Below are positions 9,495 through 18,978 of a stretch of 64,000 bases of DNA, piece after piece. This DNA is from Candidatus Aceula meridiana (GTDB lineage Bacteria; Omnitrophota; Gorgyraeia; Zapsychrales; Aceulaceae): assembly GCA_030765185.1 (NCBI GenBank), contig JAVCDE010000027.1, positions 46,132 to 110,131 of the forward strand, in the 5' to 3' direction. The position numbers were made by a program, and so were the translations under genes. Every line of letters begins with the position of its first letter. Within the stretch, counting starts at the first letter, position 1. Below the pieces are notes generated by a model. The model worked only from the letters and a program-made list of their open reading frames with translations. It made no database searches and had not been told where the DNA came from.

Positions 9495-10460
9495 ATGAAC
9501 GAAATAATAAACAAGAATACAAAAAGAAGTTTCGGCTTTACGCTGACTGAGGTCATCATAGCTATCAGCGTTGTTTCAGCGTTGGCTGCGATTGGTATTT
9601 CAAAATTTCCAATTCTTGTCGAAAAGGAAAGGGTAAAAGCTGTTGAGCGCGTCTTAGCAGATATGCAGGCTTCCCAACGGCGTTATTTTCAGGACACCAA
9701 AACTTATGCTAACACAAAAGAAAAACTCGATACAGAGTGGAAAAACGTAACCGGATTTGCAATATCCGTTTTAAACAATGCATCTCGCGTTGCTATGGCA
9801 GACCGCCGTCCCATCAAGGATTACGTTCTTTCTGTTGATGCAGGAGGAGGGATTACCTGCAGCGGAGAATATTGCGGTTTGCTTGCCTATAGCAATGACA
9901 CTCTAGGCGGCGGAGAGCCAGACCCCCCCGGATGCGAATTAGAATGCCCCCCATCTCTAGGGGTAAACGAAGAAAAGTGTATCTGTGAAGAGCCAGCCGG
10001 ATGCGAATTAGAATGCAAAGAACCTCTAGTGCTAAACAAAGAAAAGTGTATCTGTGAAGAAGTAGCCGGATGCGAATTAACATGCAAAGAACCTCTAGTG
10101 CTAAACAAAGAAAAGTGTATCTGTGAAGAAGTAGCCGGATGCGAGTTAGAATGCAAAGAACCTCTAGTGCTAAACAAAGAAAAGTGTATCTGTGAAGAGC
10201 CAGCCGGATGCGAATTAACATGCAAAGAACATCTAGTGTTAAACAAGGAGAAATGTATCTGTGAAGAAATTTCAGCATCTAATTGTGCGAAAGTTGAAAC
10301 TTGCAAAGAAGAAGGCTTTGTCTGGAGCAACACTGAGTGCGAATGTGTTAAGGATCCTGATGCGACCGTAGATGCCGATACGGCCGTAGATGCCGATACG
10401 GGTTGGTCTTCCTGGATAGAAAGGATAAAGAAGCTTTTTCCCAATTGGAGCCTGAGGTGA
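9495..10460 (+). CDS. Prepilin-like surface protein with C-terminal tandem 4-Cys repeats
   Basis: N-terminus MNEIINKNTKRSFG|FTLTEVIIAIS is a class III signal. The C-terminal half holds about 5 repeats of the 20-aa unit EKCICEE[PV]AGCEL[ET]CKE[PH]LVLNK. It ends in a D/A/T-rich tail (DPDATVDADTAVDADTG). RBS AAGGAGAG upstream. Confidence 0.7.
   Translation: MNEIINKNTKRSFGFTLTEVIIAISVVSALAAIGISKFPILVEKERVKAVERVLADMQASQRRYFQDTKTYANTKEKLDTEWKNVTGFAISVLNNASRVAMADRRPIKDYVLSVDAGGGITCSGEYCGLLAYSNDTLGGGEPDPPGCELECPPSLGVNEEKCICEEPAGCELECKEPLVLNKEKCICEEVAGCELTCKEPLVLNKEKCICEEVAGCELECKEPLVLNKEKCICEEPAGCELTCKEHLVLNKEKCICEEISASNCAKVETCKEEGFVWSNTECECVKDPDATVDADTAVDADTGWSSWIERIKKLFPNWSLR
9926..10268 (+). repeat. 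Tandem 60-bp in-frame coding repeats (about 5.7 copies)
   Basis: Direct reading finds near-identical 60-mers (...gaaaagtgtatctgtgaagaRSYagccggatgcgaRttaRMatgcaaagaacMtctagtgYtaaacaaa...). The first copy is degenerate. The repeats explain the long spurious minus-strand ORFs 9853..10278 and 9887..10444. Confidence 0.8.
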
Positions 10461-10555
10461 CCTTAGACGTCTACGGTACAAAGTCGCTTGTAAGATAACG
10501 TCGCTTCCAAGGCCCACGCCATCTTTGCCGTAATTTTTGTGACTAATAATAATTG

Positions 10556-10598
10556 AAAAAGCCCCGCTAATTTTTAGCGGGGCTTTTCTTTTGCTTTT
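10556..10598. terminator. Rho-independent (bidirectional-type) terminator
   Basis: Hairpin GAAAAAGCCCCGCTAA-ttt-TTAGCGGGGCTTTTC followed by TTTTGCTTTTTTT. A-tract upstream and T-tract downstream. Confidence 0.65.
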
Positions 10599-10625
10599 TT
10601 TAAAATCAATGCTAATATAATTCTC

Positions 10626-11363
10626 ATGCACCGAGCATTTCTTAAAACTTTAACAACAAATCAAAAAACTGTTACCCTTGCCGACTCATCGGAAATCCAT
10701 CATATTAAAAGAGTCCTTCGGCTTAAAGCCGGTGATGCCATCACACTTTTTAATGGGCAGGGGATAGAAGCCAAAGGCAAAATTTCCTCGTTTTCAAAAA
10801 ACTGTGTCCAAATCAAAATTGAAAAAATAACATCTGAAAAACATACCGGTCCAATTCTTACACTCGCCTGCGCGATTCCTAAAAAAGCTAAATTTCAAAC
10901 CATTATTGAAAAATGCACAGAGCTTGAAATCGATGAAATCATTCCGCTTGCGACAAAACGAACAGAAGTGCGCTTAAACGAGCTCCAAGCCCAAAAAAAA
11001 CTTATCCGCTACCAATCGGTGGCTATCAACGCCGCTAAGCAATCAAAAAGAAAAACTATTCCCGTAATATTACCTGTTGCTGACCTTAAGGGTGCACTGC
11101 AGCAAATCGATAAAAATACAATTGCTTTTATCGGATGCTTAGACGGTAACCGAAAATTATTAAAGTCTGTCCTTACCGAAGAATTAAAGGAAAAAGGACG
11201 CATTATTTTTTTCATCGGCCCAGAAGGAGACTTTACCAGTGAAGAAATAAAATCCGCGATTGATAGCGGATGCATTCCTATTGACCTAGGAAAGACTGTT
11301 CTTAAAGTTGATACAGCTGCGATTTCTGTTGTTTCATTTGCTCGCCTTTTATTATATTCTTAA
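10626..11363 (+). CDS. rsmE: 16S rRNA (uracil1498-N3)-methyltransferase RsmE
   Basis: 245 aa. N-terminal PUA-like region (HHIKRVLRLKAGDAITLFNGQG) and C-terminal SPOUT fold (IFFIGPEGDFTSEE). Family-level match. Confidence 0.75.
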   Translation: MHRAFLKTLTTNQKTVTLADSSEIHHIKRVLRLKAGDAITLFNGQGIEAKGKISSFSKNCVQIKIEKITSEKHTGPILTLACAIPKKAKFQTIIEKCTELEIDEIIPLATKRTEVRLNELQAQKKLIRYQSVAINAAKQSKRKTIPVILPVADLKGALQQIDKNTIAFIGCLDGNRKLLKSVLTEELKEKGRIIFFIGPEGDFTSEEIKSAIDSGCIPIDLGKTVLKVDTAAISVVSFARLLLYS

Positions 11364-11365
11364 CC

Positions 11366-11387
11366 CGGATTTTGTTAACAAAATCCG
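11366..11387. promoter_or_regulatory. 22-bp perfect palindrome CGGATTTTGTTAACAAAATCCG
   Basis: Seen directly, 3 nt after the rsmE stop. No trailing T-tract, so it is not a canonical intrinsic terminator. A second palindrome GTCGCAccttgtTGCGAC lies at 11404..11421. Confidence 0.4.
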
Positions 11388-11612
11388 CTCACAAAGCCGA
11401 GGCGTCGCACCTTGTTGCGACTTGCGAGACAGACCCCACCAAAGGCATTTTGCATTTGATTTTCCTTTCCTCATACATCGAAAAATGAAAAAAATGCTAA
11501 ATAAGAAAATTTGGTTAAGTAAAAATACTAATATTATATAAGAAAAACTTTTTACTCTGATAAAGAGTTGTAACATACTCTATGTCAGGGTGTTGCAAAC
11601 CTCTTGAAACAA

Positions 11613-11641
11613 TTGACAACAAATTGTTCCTCATGTATAAT
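11613..11641 (+). promoter_or_regulatory. Consensus sigma70-type promoter of recA (TTGACA-17-TATAAT)
   Basis: TTGACA at 11613-11618, a 17-nt spacer and TATAAT at 11636-11641, about 47 nt upstream of the recA ATG. An imperfect inverted repeat AACAATT-N7-AATTGTT overlaps the -35. Confidence 0.6.
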
Positions 11642-11688
11642 TCATTTCTTAATCGAATTCGGAAAAGAGAGATAGAAAGGGAATACGT

Positions 11689-12705
11689 ATGAAAAATCAG
11701 AAAAAAACGGATAACTCTGAGAATAAACAAAAAGCTTTAGAGTTAGCCCTAAGCCAAATTGAAAAACAATTTGGTAAAGGTTCCATTATGAAGCTGGGTA
11801 ATGACTTTGTCGCAGACGTCGAGGCGATTCCAACAGGCTCGCTTGCCTTAGACATAGCCCTTGGCATAGGCGGTGTACCGCGTGGCCGTGTTATTGAAAT
11901 CTACGGACCGGAATCTTCCGGAAAAACAACGCTCACATTAAGCATCATTAATCAAACTCAAAAGCTCAATGGCGTTGCCGCTTTTATCGATGCTGAGCAT
12001 GCCTTTGATTCGTCTTATGCGAAGAAGCTAGGTGTCCAACTCGACGACCTTTTAGTTTCTCAGCCAGATACAGGAGAACAAGCTTTAGAGATTGCGGAAA
12101 CTCTTGTCCGCTCGAATGCGGTTGATTTAGTCGTCATTGACTCTGTGGCAGCTCTTACGCCACGCGCTGAGATTGAAGGAGACATGGGCGATTCGCACAT
12201 GGGACTTCAGGCAAGGTTGATGTCACAGGCACTTCGAAAGCTAACAGCCGCGATTTCAAAATCTAAAACATGCGTTATCTTTATCAATCAAATTCGTATG
12301 AAAATTGGCGTCATGTTTGGTTCTCCGGAAACAACTACCGGTGGCCGTGCTTTAAAATTCTACTCTTCAGTACGCATTGATTTAAGGCGTATTGAAACTT
12401 TAAAACAAGGGGATGTGGCGATTGGAAATCGCGTTAAAGCAAAGATTGTAAAAAACAAAGTCGCAGCGCCTTTCCGCGAAGCACGCTTTGAAATTCACTT
12501 TAGCGAAGGAATTTCACGCACAAGCGATGTTCTTGATTTAGGCATTGATAACGAGCTTATTAATAAATCCGGCTCATGGTTTTCTTATGAAGATCAGAAA
12601 ATCGGCCAGGGACGTGAAAGTGCCCGTGCCTTCTTAAAAGAGAATCCAAAAATTCTTGAAAAGATCGAAAAAGAAGTTCGCGAGAAATTTAACGCTAGTA
12701 GATAA
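11689..12705 (+). CDS. recA: Recombinase RecA
   Basis: Unmistakable RecA sequence: [32 protein letters not shown] (Walker A), L1 and L2 loops, 338 aa. Confidence 0.97.
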   Translation: MKNQKKTDNSENKQKALELALSQIEKQFGKGSIMKLGNDFVADVEAIPTGSLALDIALGIGGVPRGRVIEIYGPESSGKTTLTLSIINQTQKLNGVAAFIDAEHAFDSSYAKKLGVQLDDLLVSQPDTGEQALEIAETLVRSNAVDLVVIDSVAALTPRAEIEGDMGDSHMGLQARLMSQALRKLTAAISKSKTCVIFINQIRMKIGVMFGSPETTTGGRALKFYSSVRIDLRRIETLKQGDVAIGNRVKAKIVKNKVAAPFREARFEIHFSEGISRTSDVLDLGIDNELINKSGSWFSYEDQKIGQGRESARAFLKENPKILEKIEKEVREKFNASR

Positions 12706-12709
12706 GCTA

Positions 12710-13177
12710 ATGTCATCGAAGCGCTGTGATCACGAAAAAAAAGCACAAACCACAGCGCTTCGTTTAATTAAAATCCGCTTTCGAAGCGAGCAAGAACTTC
12801 GACAACGTCTGCGTTTAAAGAAAATTCCAAAAGTAGCGATTGAAAAGACAATTAGTTATTTGAAAAACATTGGACTTATCGACGATACACAATTTGCTAA
12901 AGATTGGATTCAAGCTCGGCTTTATAAGAATTTTGGCATAAACCGCATCAAGCTTGAGCTTCAACAAAAAGAAATTTCTAAAGCAATTATCGACAAAGAG
13001 CTTGCTGTAGCTGAAAAAAAGAATGACGAAGAAGCTATCGTTCAAGCACTCATCGAAAAAAGAATCAAACGCTATCGAGGACTAGAACCTATCGTAATCA
13101 AAAGACGGTTATACAGCTACCTTGCACGCAAAGGATTTTTAGGTGAAACCATCTTAAGGGCCTTAAATCAATCATGA
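12710..13177 (+). CDS. recX: Regulatory protein RecX
   Basis: Lies directly downstream of recA. Three-helix repeat architecture typical of RecX. ATG at 12710 directly follows the recA stop. The track ORF extends to 12656 in the same frame but would overlap recA by 50 nt. Confidence 0.7.
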   Translation: MSSKRCDHEKKAQTTALRLIKIRFRSEQELRQRLRLKKIPKVAIEKTISYLKNIGLIDDTQFAKDWIQARLYKNFGINRIKLELQQKEISKAIIDKELAVAEKKNDEEAIVQALIEKRIKRYRGLEPIVIKRRLYSYLARKGFLGETILRALNQS

Positions 13178-15795
13178 AAACAGCAGAAATAAGAAGAAAA
13201 TTCTTAGAATTCTTTGCATCCAAAAATCATAGTGTGTTGCCAAGCGACTCGCTGGTGCCGAAAGATGACCCGACAGTCCTTTTTACGACTGCAGGCATGC
13301 AGCAGTTTAAAAAGCAATTTTTAGGCCAGCTTGAAGGCTTTACAAGAGCTGCCACATCACAAAAATGCTTACGCACCGATGATTTGGATGAGGTTGGAAA
13401 AACCGCTTTTCATCATACGTTCTTTGAAATGCTAGGCAATTTTTCTTTCGGTGATTACTTTAAAAAAGACGCCATTGCTTGGGGCTGGGAATTTTTAACT
13501 AGAATTATCGCAATCCCGCAGGAAAAACTTTGGGTGTCCGTCTATAAAGACGATAGAGAGGCTGAAGATATCTGGATTAAAGAAATTAAAATTGATCCTA
13601 AAAAATTAGTTCGCTTAGGCGATAAAAGCAACTTTTGGCCGTCTGAGGCTAAACAAAAAGGCCCTAATGGTCCTTGCGGGCCTTGCTCAGAAATCTTTTA
13701 TGATTACGGGGAAAATGTTGGATGCCAAAAGACAGGCTGTAATCCTGATTGTAGCTGTGGACGTTTTGCTGAAATATGGAATTTAGTCTTTACACAATTT
13801 AACCGTAAAGACGGTGGTGAACTTGAACCATTACCGGCTAAGAATATTGATACGGGCATGGGCCTCGAGCGGCTAGCTGCCGTTGCGCAAGGAAAACCAA
13901 CGAACTTTGAAATCGATTTATTTGAACCTATTTTTTCAGAGATTAATACGCAAGAGGTGCAGGCAAACATCTCGCTTTCAAAGCGCGAGAAAAATATTAT
14001 CGCTGATCACATCCGTGCTATTGTTTTTGGTATTGCCGATGGTGTCGTTCCGTCTAACGAAGGACGCGGCTATGTAATGAAAAGGCTTATTACGGATATT
14101 ACAGATATTGTTTTAGAAAAAGGCGATAACTCATTTATCTACAAGCTTGTTCCGGCTGTTGTTACGGCCATGAAAGACACATACGAAAATTTGGTAAAAA
14201 AACAAAACAACATCGCGACTTGGATACAAAAGACCGAAGAGGGCTATAAGAAAGTACGCAAAGAACGCATTCCTGAGCTTAAAAAAGAAGCGCAGACGAA
14301 TCCAAGCGAGTTAGGAAGAATTATTTTTAAATACCGGGATACTTATGGGCTTACTCTAGCAGCGGCAAATTCAACGCTTTTATCAATCGACATTCCTGAA
14401 GAGGCAATAAAAAATGCCACGGCAAAGGCTGAAGAGCTCATGGACCAACAACGCGAAAAATCACGTGCCGCAAGCAAGATGACAGGAGATGTCTTTATGG
14501 CCGATGAACTTAATCTCAACGTTGCAAAAACAAACTTTTTAGACCAAGATGAGGCAAAGGTAAAAATCCTAAAACTTTTCATAGGCAATACTGATAAAGA
14601 TCGCGTAAGCCAAGGCGATGAAATTAAAATTGTTATGGATAAGACACCATTTTATGCTGAATCCGGTGGACAAATGGGCGATACCGGCGTTATCGAAAGT
14701 GGAAGCAATTTGATTGAAGTGACACAAACACAAAAAATTTCTGGTGTATTTGTTCATGTCGGAACAGTTAAAAAGGGATCATTTAAATCAGATGAAACAG
14801 TTTTAGCGAAAATTGATAAAGAGCGCCGAATGGCTATTATGCGCAACCATACTGGAACGCATCTTTTGCAGGCTGCTCTGCGTCAAGTGTTAGGCTCCCA
14901 TGTCCAGCAACAAGGTTCGCTAGTGGCAAAAGACCGCTTACGCTTTGATTTTACGCATCCCAAGGCTTTAAAGAGAGATGAACTTATTGAAATTGAAGAT
15001 ATTGTTAACCGAAATATTCGCACTTGCACGCCTATCGGTAAAAAAGAAATGCCACTCGCCGAAGCGCAAAAGCAGGGGGCCTTAGCATTTTTTGCCGAGA
15101 AATACAACCAAAAAGTACGTGTTGTTTCGATGGGCGAATTTTCTAAAGAACTTTGCGGAGGAACACATCTTAACAATACCGGCGAAGTTGGTCTTTTAAA
15201 AATTATCTCAGAAAGCGCCATTGCCCAAGGCATTCGCCGCCTTGAAGCCACAACTGGCGATGCGGCTCTTAAAATGGTACACGACGCCGAACAAACTTTA
15301 GAACAAGTTGCCCAAGCGCTAAAAGCTCCTGTTGACGAGGTGGCGGGTCGCCTGGAAGCCCAACAAAAAAGAATAAAACAAATACAAAAACAACTTTCAG
15401 AATCTAAGCTTCAAGAGGTCAAAAGCTCTGTTGTTGACATTATTGCAAAGTCAAAGACCGTCAAAGGGGTAAAAATTGTTTCGCATGTTTTTGATAGTCT
15501 TGACGTAGAAACGCTTAAAAGAATTTCTGACCTCATTAAACAAAAAACAAAATCTGCCGTGATTGCGTTGGCAGCAAAGCAAGAAAAAAACGCCTTTGTT
15601 GTTGTTTCTGTTACAGACGATTTAATTAAAAAAAATATCAAGGCAAACGATATTATTGAGGACATCGCTCCAATGATCAACGGAAGCGGAGGCGGCCGAC
15701 CAACATTGGCGCAGGCTGGCAGCAAAGACGTAAAAGATTTAAACAAAGCGTTAGATGAAATCGAAAACATTGTAAAAGGAAAATTTAACTCATGA
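13174..15795 (+). CDS. alaS: Alanine--tRNA ligase
   Basis: 873 aa. Class II AlaRS catalytic core (FTTAGMQQFK). Editing-domain Zn motif (HTGTHLLQAAL...CGGTH). C-terminal DHHA1 domain (GGGRP). Confidence 0.95.
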   Translation: MKTAEIRRKFLEFFASKNHSVLPSDSLVPKDDPTVLFTTAGMQQFKKQFLGQLEGFTRAATSQKCLRTDDLDEVGKTAFHHTFFEMLGNFSFGDYFKKDAIAWGWEFLTRIIAIPQEKLWVSVYKDDREAEDIWIKEIKIDPKKLVRLGDKSNFWPSEAKQKGPNGPCGPCSEIFYDYGENVGCQKTGCNPDCSCGRFAEIWNLVFTQFNRKDGGELEPLPAKNIDTGMGLERLAAVAQGKPTNFEIDLFEPIFSEINTQEVQANISLSKREKNIIADHIRAIVFGIADGVVPSNEGRGYVMKRLITDITDIVLEKGDNSFIYKLVPAVVTAMKDTYENLVKKQNNIATWIQKTEEGYKKVRKERIPELKKEAQTNPSELGRIIFKYRDTYGLTLAAANSTLLSIDIPEEAIKNATAKAEELMDQQREKSRAASKMTGDVFMADELNLNVAKTNFLDQDEAKVKILKLFIGNTDKDRVSQGDEIKIVMDKTPFYAESGGQMGDTGVIESGSNLIEVTQTQKISGVFVHVGTVKKGSFKSDETVLAKIDKERRMAIMRNHTGTHLLQAALRQVLGSHVQQQGSLVAKDRLRFDFTHPKALKRDELIEIEDIVNRNIRTCTPIGKKEMPLAEAQKQGALAFFAEKYNQKVRVVSMGEFSKELCGGTHLNNTGEVGLLKIISESAIAQGIRRLEATTGDAALKMVHDAEQTLEQVAQALKAPVDEVAGRLEAQQKRIKQIQKQLSESKLQEVKSSVVDIIAKSKTVKGVKIVSHVFDSLDVETLKRISDLIKQKTKSAVIALAAKQEKNAFVVVSVTDDLIKKNIKANDIIEDIAPMINGSGGGRPTLAQAGSKDVKDLNKALDEIENIVKGKFNS

Positions 15796-17015
15796 AAATT
15801 CTTAAAACCGATGGCCCAGGCATTCAAAAACTCTACGACCGAAACCTTTATGCACGGAAAAAGCGCATCGAAGAAAAAGTGCGCCGTATTATCGAAGATA
15901 TTCGCGCTAAGGGTGATGATGCCGTTATCAAATACACAAAACGTTTTGACAACGTCAAGTTAACGCAGAAACAAATTAAGGTTACTGAAAATGAAATCAG
16001 CGCAGCTTATCAAGGCATTACAAGTGACTTTATCTCAACCCTAAAAATTATTATCAACAATGTTTCACTCTTTTATAAAAAACAGCTCAAAAAACCTTGC
16101 CGTGTTAAAAACGAAGACGGCGTTATCTTAAGGGAAAAAATTACACCTCTAGATTCTATCGGTATTTATGTTCCGGCAGGCACAGCGCCTTTGGTTTCAT
16201 CAGTCTATATGTCCGTTATTCCGGCTAAAATTGCCGGAGTCAAGCGTATTGTCCTTGTTTCCCCACCAGATAAGACGGGAAACATTAATCCTCACATCTT
16301 GGCTGTTGCGAATTTATTAAAGGTTAACGAAATCTATAAAATCGGAGGAGCACAGGCTATTGCCGCGCTTGCTTTTGGCACTAAAACTGTCCCTAAGGTA
16401 GACAAAATCATTGGCCCGGGTAACATGTATGTAACCGAGGCTAAGCGTCAACTTTTTGGATATGCAGATATCGATATGCTCGCCGGCCCCAGCGAATTGG
16501 CAATTATTGCCGGACGCCAAAGCAATCCTGACTATATTTTGGCAGACCTAGAATCACAAGCTGAACATTTAGGAGGTCTGGCAGTTTTAATTACACCATC
16601 AAAAAAACTTGTGAAACAGCTAAAACAATATATCCCTAATGGCTATGTCGTTCATACAAAAAACATGGCAGAGACTATTGATGTGGCCAACCGTCTTGCT
16701 CCGGAACACTTGCAAATTATGACAACGAATGCGTCAGGTATTGCGAATAAAATTCAAAATGCTGGTGCAATTTTCTTAGGACTTTATAGTCCAACAGCAG
16801 TCGGCGATTACATTGCCGGTCCAAGCCATGTTTTACCGACATTAGGGACAGCAAAATTTTTCTCAGGCTTATGTCTTTCGGACTTTACAAAGACAAGCCA
16901 TATCATTGCTTATTCAAAAAAAGCTCTAGAGCGCGTTCGCGAACCGATTGAGAAAGTTGCACTTCTAGAGGGACTAACGAAACATAACGAATCTGTTCAG
17001 ATACGATTTAAATAA
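15792..17015 (+). CDS. hisD: Histidinol dehydrogenase
   Basis: 407 aa. HisD family motifs (IYVPAGTAPLVSSVYM, GGAQAIAALAFGT, GPGNMYVTEAKR). Confidence 0.9.
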   Translation: MKILKTDGPGIQKLYDRNLYARKKRIEEKVRRIIEDIRAKGDDAVIKYTKRFDNVKLTQKQIKVTENEISAAYQGITSDFISTLKIIINNVSLFYKKQLKKPCRVKNEDGVILREKITPLDSIGIYVPAGTAPLVSSVYMSVIPAKIAGVKRIVLVSPPDKTGNINPHILAVANLLKVNEIYKIGGAQAIAALAFGTKTVPKVDKIIGPGNMYVTEAKRQLFGYADIDMLAGPSELAIIAGRQSNPDYILADLESQAEHLGGLAVLITPSKKLVKQLKQYIPNGYVVHTKNMAETIDVANRLAPEHLQIMTTNASGIANKIQNAGAIFLGLYSPTAVGDYIAGPSHVLPTLGTAKFFSGLCLSDFTKTSHIIAYSKKALERVREPIEKVALLEGLTKHNESVQIRFK

Positions 17016-17030
17016 GAAAGGACGCGTTTT

Positions 17031-17648
17031 ATGTTCAAACAAAAAAAGGAACGCAAAGCCAAGTTCGAGCGTAAAAGTACTGAGACGGAAATTACGGCTG
17101 AACTTAATGTAGACGGCCAAGGAAAATCCAATGTTCAAACACATATCGGCATCCTTAACCACATGCTGGAACTTTTTTCATTTCATGGGCTGTTTGATTT
17201 AAATCTGACCGTTGCAAAAGCCGATACAGATATTGATATCCACCACACAAATGAAGATATCGGTATTGTTCTAGGAAAGGTATTTAAAAAAGCGCTTGAT
17301 AAAAAAGTCAGTATCCGCCGTTTTGGTTTTGCAGCTGCTCCTATGGAAGAAACATTCTCTGAAGTCATTATTGACATCAGCGGACGCGGTTATTTTACGC
17401 TCAAGACAGAAGAGGGGTTAATCGCCAAAATGCAAGATGGCTACTCAATAACCTACCTAGAGCACTTTCTAGAATCTTTCGCGCACAGCCTTGGAGCAAA
17501 CTTAATTGTTAACATCAAAAATGCAGGCGAAGACTTGCACACAATTCTTGAAACAGTTTTCAAAGCGTTAGGCTTAGCTCTAGACCAAGCGACAACTGTT
17601 GATGCGCGTCGTGACGGCATACCATCAACTAAAGGAATTATCGACTAA
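17031..17648 (+). CDS. hisB: Imidazoleglycerol-phosphate dehydratase
   Basis: 205 aa. IGPD motifs (ILNHMLELFSFHG, IDIHHTNEDIGIVLG). Confidence 0.9.
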   Translation: MFKQKKERKAKFERKSTETEITAELNVDGQGKSNVQTHIGILNHMLELFSFHGLFDLNLTVAKADTDIDIHHTNEDIGIVLGKVFKKALDKKVSIRRFGFAAAPMEETFSEVIIDISGRGYFTLKTEEGLIAKMQDGYSITYLEHFLESFAHSLGANLIVNIKNAGEDLHTILETVFKALGLALDQATTVDARRDGIPSTKGIID

Positions 17649-18250
17649 TGATTGCCATCATTGACTATGGAATGGGAAATCTGCGCAGTGTGCAAAAAGC
17701 CCTTGAGAGAGTCGGCGCATCTGCCACTGTTACTGATGACCCTGAACTCATTAAAACGGCTGAAAAGATAGTCCTACCCGGCGTAGGAGCTATCCGCCCT
17801 GCTATGGAGAAGCTGCAAGCTCTTGAGATGATTCCTGTTATTAAAAAAGTGATTGGCAAAAACAAACCTTTTCTGGGAATTTGTTTAGGCCTACAGCTTC
17901 TTTTTGAAAAAAGCGATGAAGGAGGCGAAGTCAAAAGTCTTGGTGTTTTGCCAGGAGTCGTGACGCGTTTTTCCGCCCTAAAAGTTCCTCACATGGGCTG
18001 GAATCAACTGCGCATTGAAAATAAAAACTGCGCACTTTTTAGCGGAATTCAAGATAATGTTAATGCATATTTTTGTCACTCGTATTATGTCGCTCCTGCC
18101 GATAATTCTGTCGTTTCCACAACAACCGATTACGGTGTTAGCTTTGCCTCATCTGTGTGCAAAAATAATGTTTTCGGAGTACAGTTTCACCCTGAAAAAA
18201 GCCAAGAAATTGGATTACAAATTTTAAAAAACTTTGTGGAGCTAAAATGA
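17648..18250 (+). CDS. hisH: Imidazole glycerol phosphate synthase, glutamine amidotransferase subunit
   Basis: 200 aa class I GATase. IAIIDYGMGNLRSV, catalytic Cys in GICLGLQLL, and HPEKS. Confidence 0.9.
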   Translation: MIAIIDYGMGNLRSVQKALERVGASATVTDDPELIKTAEKIVLPGVGAIRPAMEKLQALEMIPVIKKVIGKNKPFLGICLGLQLLFEKSDEGGEVKSLGVLPGVVTRFSALKVPHMGWNQLRIENKNCALFSGIQDNVNAYFCHSYYVAPADNSVVSTTTDYGVSFASSVCKNNVFGVQFHPEKSQEIGLQILKNFVELK

Positions 18251-18978
18251 TTATTATTCCTGCGATTGACATTAAAAATGGAAAAGTTGTCCGCCTAACA
18301 CAAGGAAAATTTGATCAAGAAACCATCTATGATCAAGATCCTATTTCCGTTGCCAAAAATTGGGAATCTCAAGGAGCAGAGCTTATTCATATTGTTGACC
18401 TTGATGGAGCCCAAACAGGAGAGATAGCGAATCTGGATACTATTTTAAAAATCCGGGAAGCGGTCAAGGTTCCCCTTGAGGTCGGAGGCGGAATCCGAAA
18501 CACCGGAACAATTGATAAACTTTTAAACGCTGGCATCAGCCGCGTTATCTTAGGAACCCGTGCTGTTGAGGATCCTAATTTCTTAAGTGGCATCCTCTGC
18601 GAATGGGACAAACAAATCGCTGTTAGTATTGACTGCGCTAACGGCAAAGTTACGAAAAAAGGATGGACTGAGACTTCTGATATCGACGGCAAAGACTTGG
18701 CGCGGCAACTTGCGAATTTAGAGCTTCAAACCTTAATCTATACCGATATTGCAAGAGACGGCGTTCTGGTTGGCCCAAACATTCAAGGAATTAAAGAAAT
18801 GCTCTCAGCGATCAATATTCCTATGATTGCATCTGGCGGTATCTCAACTTTAGATGACATTAAAGCACTTGCGTCGCTTAACACGCCACAGCTAATCGGG
18901 GTCATTGTTGGAAAAGCCCTTTATGAACAAAAATTTACAGTTAAAGAAGCGATTGCTGCATGCTCACAAAACGTATAA
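18247..18978 (+). CDS. hisA: ProFAR isomerase (1-(5-phosphoribosyl)-5-[(5-phosphoribosylamino)methylideneamino]imidazole-4-carboxamide isomerase)
   Basis: 243 aa. [17 protein letters not shown] and (beta/alpha)8 HisA motifs (GGGIRN, SGGIS). Confidence 0.9.
   Translation: MIIIPAIDIKNGKVVRLTQGKFDQETIYDQDPISVAKNWESQGAELIHIVDLDGAQTGEIANLDTILKIREAVKVPLEVGGGIRNTGTIDKLLNAGISRVILGTRAVEDPNFLSGILCEWDKQIAVSIDCANGKVTKKGWTETSDIDGKDLARQLANLELQTLIYTDIARDGVLVGPNIQGIKEMLSAINIPMIASGGISTLDDIKALASLNTPQLIGVIVGKALYEQKFTVKEAIAACSQNV

Noticed and set aside
9926-10268. CRISPR array
   Set aside because: The repeats are 60-bp tandem units with no intervening unique spacers, and they are in frame inside a coding sequence. 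No cas genes are present.
9853-10444. Long minus-strand ORFs (141 and 185 aa) antisense to the repeat-pilin gene
   Set aside because: They lie entirely within the 60-bp tandem repeat region. Their periodic amino-acid sequence is a reading-frame echo of the repeats. They have no start context or RBS, and the sense-strand gene has a clear prepilin signal.
11308-11730. Three small ORFs (77, 74, 71 aa) in and around the rsmE-recA spacer
   Set aside because: They begin inside rsmE or run antisense through the recA promoter. They are AT-rich, low-complexity translations with no RBS. The spacer is better explained by palindromes plus the recA promoter.
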